From Dickeya oryzae (GTDB lineage Bacteria > Pseudomonadota > Gammaproteobacteria > Enterobacterales > Enterobacteriaceae): a stretch of DNA of 30,000 nt. Location: NCBI RefSeq assembly GCF_009372235.1, contig NZ_ML762922.1, positions 205,503 to 235,502 on the forward strand, in the 5' to 3' direction. Both the position numbers and the translations under genes were made by a program. This document shows, one piece after another, positions 27,456-30,000 of this stretch. Each line of letters opens with the position of its first letter. The stretch's first letter is position 1. The notes under the pieces are model-generated. The model had not been told where the DNA came from. It saw only the letters and a program-made list of their open reading frames with translations, and ran no database searches.

Positions 27456-28358
27456 ATGAACTTAAAACAACTACATTATTTCAAACGACTGGCAGAAAAA
27501 CAGCACTACACGGAAGCGGCATCCAGCCTGAACATTACCCAACCCTCGTTGAGCCATGCCATCTCTGAGCTGGAAAAAGAACTGGGGGTCGCTCTGTTTG
27601 AACGGCATGGGCGCAACGTGCGAATTACCCAGAGCGGGAAACTCTTTTTACCCTATGTCGAAGGTGCGCTGCTTGAATTGGAAAATGGCCGCACGGCGCT
27701 GAGGAAAATGTGCGCGCCCCACGATGAAATCATCAATCTGGCGTTTATTTACACCATGGGGGAAACCGTGGTGCCGCAATTGATCGATCGTTTTATTCAT
27801 ATTCCAGAAAATACGCATAAACGCTTCGCTTTTTTTCAGGGCACCACACTGTCGATCGTGCAGGATCTCAAGGAAGATAAATTTGACATGGCGCTGTGCT
27901 CCCATATTCCAGACGAGTCAGACATTGAATTTATCCCGGTGATCACTCAGGAACTGGTGCTGGTGACCTCACGCGACCACCCACTGGCGCAACGCCATCG
28001 CAGTGAAATCGATCTGGAAGACGCCATCGCCTATCCGTTCATCTTTTTCTCCCAGAAAAGCGGGCTGCGGCAGTTTATCGACAAAATCTTCATGCAGAAA
28101 AAACTGATCCCAGAAATTGCCTGCTATGTGGAGGAGGATACGGCGATGGTGGGCCTGGTTAGCATCAACTACGGTATCGCGATCATGCCACGTATCAGCA
28201 CACTGTCGCACTCCAACGTACAGGTGATGAAAATTCGCAATCCAGGCCAGACGCGCTACGTCTATCTGGCGACACACAAAGAACGGACGCTGTCGCCAGC
28301 AGCGGAATCTTTTAAGCAGTTCATCCTAAGCACCTGCCCGTCGATAGCATTGGCATGA
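27456..28358 (+). CDS. LysR-type transcriptional regulator (LTTR), divergent from ydiN-ydiB-aroD
   Basis: 300 aa from ATG 27456: MNLKQLHYFKRLAEKQHYTEAASSLNITQPSLSHAISELEKELGVALFERHGRNVRITQSG (canonical LTTR wHTH), plus a substrate-binding-domain-like C-terminus. The track's start at 27357 adds 33 non-LTTR residues. Confidence 0.9.
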   Translation: MNLKQLHYFKRLAEKQHYTEAASSLNITQPSLSHAISELEKELGVALFERHGRNVRITQSGKLFLPYVEGALLELENGRTALRKMCAPHDEIINLAFIYTMGETVVPQLIDRFIHIPENTHKRFAFFQGTTLSIVQDLKEDKFDMALCSHIPDESDIEFIPVITQELVLVTSRDHPLAQRHRSEIDLEDAIAYPFIFFSQKSGLRQFIDKIFMQKKLIPEIACYVEEDTAMVGLVSINYGIAIMPRISTLSHSNVQVMKIRNPGQTRYVYLATHKERTLSPAAESFKQFILSTCPSIALA

Positions 28359-28417
28359 CGGTGTCCGACGTCAGAGAACTGAAATAAACGAAAGTGGCCG
28401 TAACCTCCCGGCGGGCC

Positions 28418-29647
28418 TCAGGCACCAATCTGATTCATGCTGATGGAACAGCGACGGGCTTCCATATCGCGGTAGCCAATAAACAGTGCGGTCAGAAAAC
28501 CAGCCGCCGCCAGGCCAACGTCAAACCACATAATGCTGGCGATGCTGAGTTGCGACAACCGGGCAGTGACCAACGGAATCGTAAAGGTCGCCAGACTCCC
28601 CGCGCTGTAATAAATGGCGGTGGCTTTCCCTTTGGCATTGGGAAAACGCCGCGCCATCAGCGTTAACCCCAGTTGTAACACCCCTCCCGCCGCAGAAAAA
28701 CCGATCACAAAGGCAAACACGACCACCACCTTAACACTGGGATACAGGCACACCACCAACAACGCGATGAAAGACAGGAAGGTGCAACCTATCAGCACCA
28801 GACTCGAATGGGTACCGTTCCTCGCCAGTCCCGCGATAATCACCACGCCAGACAGCGAACCGATGGTGTAGAGACTCAGCAACTTGATTGCCATTTCATA
28901 AGGCATGCCCGCCACAAACTGCCCGTACTGCGACAACCATTGACTGATCAGGTAGAACGTTGCCATAGCGATGTAACCGTAGAAGGTAAAACTGGCGAGA
29001 TCCAGCATGGCACAGGCATGGTGTTCTTGCTCCGCCAGCACTGGCTTAATCTGGGCGTCGGCCCGTTTGGCCTTATCGGTTTGCGGGTGATGCGGCGGAA
29101 ACGGATACCGGAACAGGCACACTGCATTTAACATCATGATGCTTGCCGCCAGCAGGAACGACCAGCCGAACCAAAGATTAGCCCACACCAGTACACTTAT
29201 CACCAACGGCAGAAGAAACTGCCCACCGGAGACAAACGCTTTGATCAGGATATTGGCGGTACCCGGACTGTTGGGAAACGCCTCCATCAGTGACGGATAA
29301 GTCCCGGAATCCAGAAAACTGTTGGCCACGCCAGCCAGTAACCCAAAGCAGTAAGCCAGGATAATATTGGTCGTGCCGAGGATGCCCAGGAAAAACACCA
29401 GATAGCATGCGATACCAAGATAGATAAAAGGCTTACGACCAAATCTATCGGACAGCGTACCGGCAATCATTAACAGGCTTAACCGACCAATCCCCAACGA
29501 AGAAATGACCACAGATACCCCAGCGGCATCGGTGTGCCATTGCTGTTCCAGATGGTGCATGTTCAAGCTCATCAGGATAACGCCCATGCCATGTACCAGA
29601 TAATTGAGGTACAAGCCAAATGCCGTTGGTATATAGGGATTTTTCAT
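28418..29647 (-). CDS. ydiM: MFS transporter YdiM (paralogue of YdiN)
   Basis: 409 aa: MKNPYIPTAFGLYLNYLVHGMGVILMSLNMHHLEQQWHTDAAGVSVVISSLGIGRLSLLMIAGTLSDRFGRKPF...PSLMEAFPNSPGTANILIKAFVSGGQFLLPL. Colinear with E. coli YdiM. Confidence 0.9.
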   Translation of the reverse strand: MKNPYIPTAFGLYLNYLVHGMGVILMSLNMHHLEQQWHTDAAGVSVVISSLGIGRLSLLMIAGTLSDRFGRKPFIYLGIACYLVFFLGILGTTNIILAYCFGLLAGVANSFLDSGTYPSLMEAFPNSPGTANILIKAFVSGGQFLLPLVISVLVWANLWFGWSFLLAASIMMLNAVCLFRYPFPPHHPQTDKAKRADAQIKPVLAEQEHHACAMLDLASFTFYGYIAMATFYLISQWLSQYGQFVAGMPYEMAIKLLSLYTIGSLSGVVIIAGLARNGTHSSLVLIGCTFLSFIALLVVCLYPSVKVVVVFAFVIGFSAAGGVLQLGLTLMARRFPNAKGKATAIYYSAGSLATFTIPLVTARLSQLSIASIMWFDVGLAAAGFLTALFIGYRDMEARRCSISMNQIGA

Positions 29648-29708
29648 ACGGGACCTTCGGTTCAGAAAAGGATGCTGTCATTAAGCGGCATGTCCTTATT
29701 CTCCCCGG

Positions 29709-29730
29709 ATACCCATTCATCAATGGGTAT
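29709..29730. promoter_or_regulatory. Perfect 9-bp inverted repeat ATACCCATT-CATC-AATGGGTAT upstream of ydiM. Candidate operator or 5'-leader hairpin.
   Basis: Read directly. It lies 62-83 bp upstream of the ydiM ATG. The outer ATAC...GTAT ends recall LTTR-type sites, but the spacing (N14) is not the classical N7. Confidence 0.35.
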
Positions 29731-30000
29731 GATACAGAGAGAGCGCAGCCTTCTCATGGCACATCACCTGGCGTCATGCAGACAAAAAAGCCTACGGTCT
29801 TGTCTGCCCATAAGGCACATTTAATTTCAGGTATTCCATACCTTTTTCATGCTATCAATTCATTCTCAAAATAAATAATTCCTTTTTCAGTCACAATTCA
29901 TAGATTCTTTCTATAGTGAAATTTCATGAACCACTGCACATAAAAAAATGAATTATTCGAATTTACTCATACAAATAAAAACACAAATGCAACATTTCAA

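Noticed and set aside
1-30000. Whole-window scan for CRISPR arrays, IS elements or transposases, integrases, tRNA/rRNA genes, toxin-antitoxin pairs, and known defence or phage genes
   Set aside because: I recognised no spaced repeat arrays, terminal inverted repeats with transposase ORFs, tRNA-like cloverleaf sequences, or small adjacent two-gene cassettes. Every ORF longer than about 90 aa that is not antisense to a recognised gene is accounted for by the genes listed.

Overview
Chromosomal segment from an Enterobacterales genome that is not E. coli. All protein identifications are by eye, from remembered E. coli K-12 homologues. No search was run.

Positions 1 to about 10.4 kb are conserved core. 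They hold zipA (-), cysZ, cysK and ptsH-ptsI-crr (+). On the - strand follow a CpxRA-like two-component pair, a stand-alone cysM, and yfeX.

From about 10.4 kb onward the window looks accessory, with genes separated by long AT-rich intergenic regions. It holds a LuxR-type regulator -> NCS1 permease operon, a divergent Ner/Nlp-like gene, and a complete 'ydi' supercluster of about 16 kb. The cluster is colinear with E. coli ydiM-ydiN-ydiB-aroD-ydiF-ydiO-ydiP-ydiQRST-fadK. All ten structural genes lie on the - strand and both regulators on the + strand. A LysR-type regulator sits between ydiM and ydiN, which I do not recall in E. coli.

I saw no rRNA, tRNA, CRISPR array, IS/transposase, integrase, phage or recognisable defence genes.

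The best candidate for an undescribed system is the ydi supercluster. It couples a quinate/shikimate uptake and oxidation module to a CoA-transferase / acyl-CoA dehydrogenase / private ETF / ETF-quinone oxidoreductase / acyl-CoA ligase module whose physiological substrate is not established. Its control regions carry several unexplained short tandem and inverted repeats and a possible 48-codon upstream ORF.

Start codons were re-set where the ORF track over-extends (ptsH, cysM, yfeX, permease, LuxR, ydiQ, ydiP, ydiF, LysR).
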